Assembly: GCA_963514005.1 (NCBI GenBank)
Contig: OY740782.1
Coordinates: 150,970,001-151,034,000 of the forward strand
From: Raja brachyura
Taxonomy: Eukaryota
DNA: 64,000 nucleotides
Direction of reading: 5' to 3'
Part shown: piece after piece, positions 62,851 to 64,000 of the stretch
Layout of the letters: each line of letters opens with the position of its first letter
Numbering within the stretch: the first letter of the stretch is position 1
Position numbers and translations under genes: made by a program
Notes under the pieces: model-generated
The model's database searches: none
The model's input: only the letters and a program-made list of their open reading frames with translations
Told to the model about the DNA's origin: nothing

Positions 62851-64000
62851 ACAGAGTCATCGTGTACCTCAGTGTGGAAACAGGCCCTTTGGCCCAACGT
62901 GCCCAGATCGGCCAACATTATCCCAGCTATACTAGTCCCACTTACCTGCGCTTGGTCAATATCCCTCCAATCCATGTCATATCAATGTACCTGTCTAACT
63001 GTCTTTGAAACAATGGGATAGTCCCAGCCTCAAGGAAGGAAGGAAAGGAAGGAAAACTTTTATTGTCATTCAGACCTTTCGGTCTGAACGAAATTTCGTT
63101 GCCTGCAGTCATACATATAGTAAAGACCAAAACCCACAATAAACACATATTTAACATCCACCACAGTGAGTTCACCAGACACCTCCTCACTGTGATGGAA
63201 GGCAAAATCTTAAGTCTTTGTCTCTTCCCTTCTTGTTCTTCCTCTTCCTCTGCGCTGAGGCGACCCAGGCCTCCGATGTTGTGACCGCACCGGGTGATGT
63301 AAATAAGTCCCGCGGCTGAACCGCGCTCCGTGAACGGGCCGGTTCAACTCCGCGGCCCGGGGCGGTCGAAGCTGCCGAAGCTGCCGCCCTCCAGTCCAGC
63401 GGACGCAGCTGTTGCCGCGGGAGCTCCGGAAAAACAGGTCACCAACCTGTGACCTGCGAGCTCCCGACGATGTCGTCCCCTGGGCCCGCGGCCGGGCCTC
63501 CGAAGTTGCTGCCGCCGCCACCGCCACCGGAAAACCGCCACAGCTCCGAGTCGGGCCGCCGGAACGCCGGAATGTCTGGACCCGCCGCAGCCCCGAAGTC
63601 GGCCAGCCCCGCGCTGGTAAATCCTGGCTGGCTCTGCCTCAGGAGCCTCGAGGTCGGTCGCAGTTGGAGGCTGTCAGCTCCGCCATTAGGCCTCAGCGCA
63701 GACGGAGACGGAGACGGGGGATACGACAGGAAAAGTCGAGTCCCCCCCCAAAGGAAGAGACTAAAACGTTTCTCCCACCCCTCCCACACACATACACTAC
63801 ATGATAACTCAAATTAACACGCTAAAACAAGACAAGAAAACAACAACAAAAGAAAACCAGACGGACTGCAGGCGAGCCGCTGCTACTACGAGCGCCGCCA
63901 CTTCCCAACTACCTTCTCTGGCAGCTTGTTCCATACACCCACCACCCTTTGTGTGAAAACGTTACCTCTCGCGTTCCTTTTAAATCTTTCCCCATTCACC

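Noticed and set aside
63050-63900. GC-rich ORF cluster as a gene
   Set aside because: It is inserted within a CR1 3' fragment (cccagcctcaa...ctacct), has overlapping ORFs on both strands and no recognisable domain; most likely a non-autonomous repeat.

Overview
Vertebrate genomic DNA, almost certainly from a cartilaginous fish (skate/ray-like, judged from the cluster-type Ig organisation and the CR1/Rex/Penelope repeat content). The main gene is a complete, germline (unrearranged) immunoglobulin mu heavy-chain cluster on the minus strand, 42996 to 29582: leader, VH, D1, D2, JH with 23/12-22/12-12/23 RSS, CH1-CH4 with secretory tailpiece, TM1 and TM2. All exons are open and splice in phase. 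The 3' end of this cluster and about 7 kb of flank (23179-30157) are mirrored as an inverted duplicate at 1-7364, which carries a second intact TM1/TM2 pair on the plus strand. This implies two IgM clusters arranged tail-to-tail. The roughly 16 kb spacer between the arms holds a 4.8 kb strand-asymmetric (CTCAAA/CTCTCAAA)n satellite, hAT, L2, Rex1 and CR1 debris, and a CTCF-like motif near the symmetry axis. Other points of note: both TM1 exons end in a GC splice donor; VH has Leu in place of the conserved FR2 Trp; the J-C intron has an inverted-repeat block with octamer, PU.1 and IRF-like motifs; there is an orphan CpG-island/promoter-like block at about 51.3-52.2 kb; and two LINEs show 5'-inversion architecture. 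The rest is mostly nested retrotransposon fragments. Repeat boundaries are approximate and family names come from recognising translated motifs, not from a database search.
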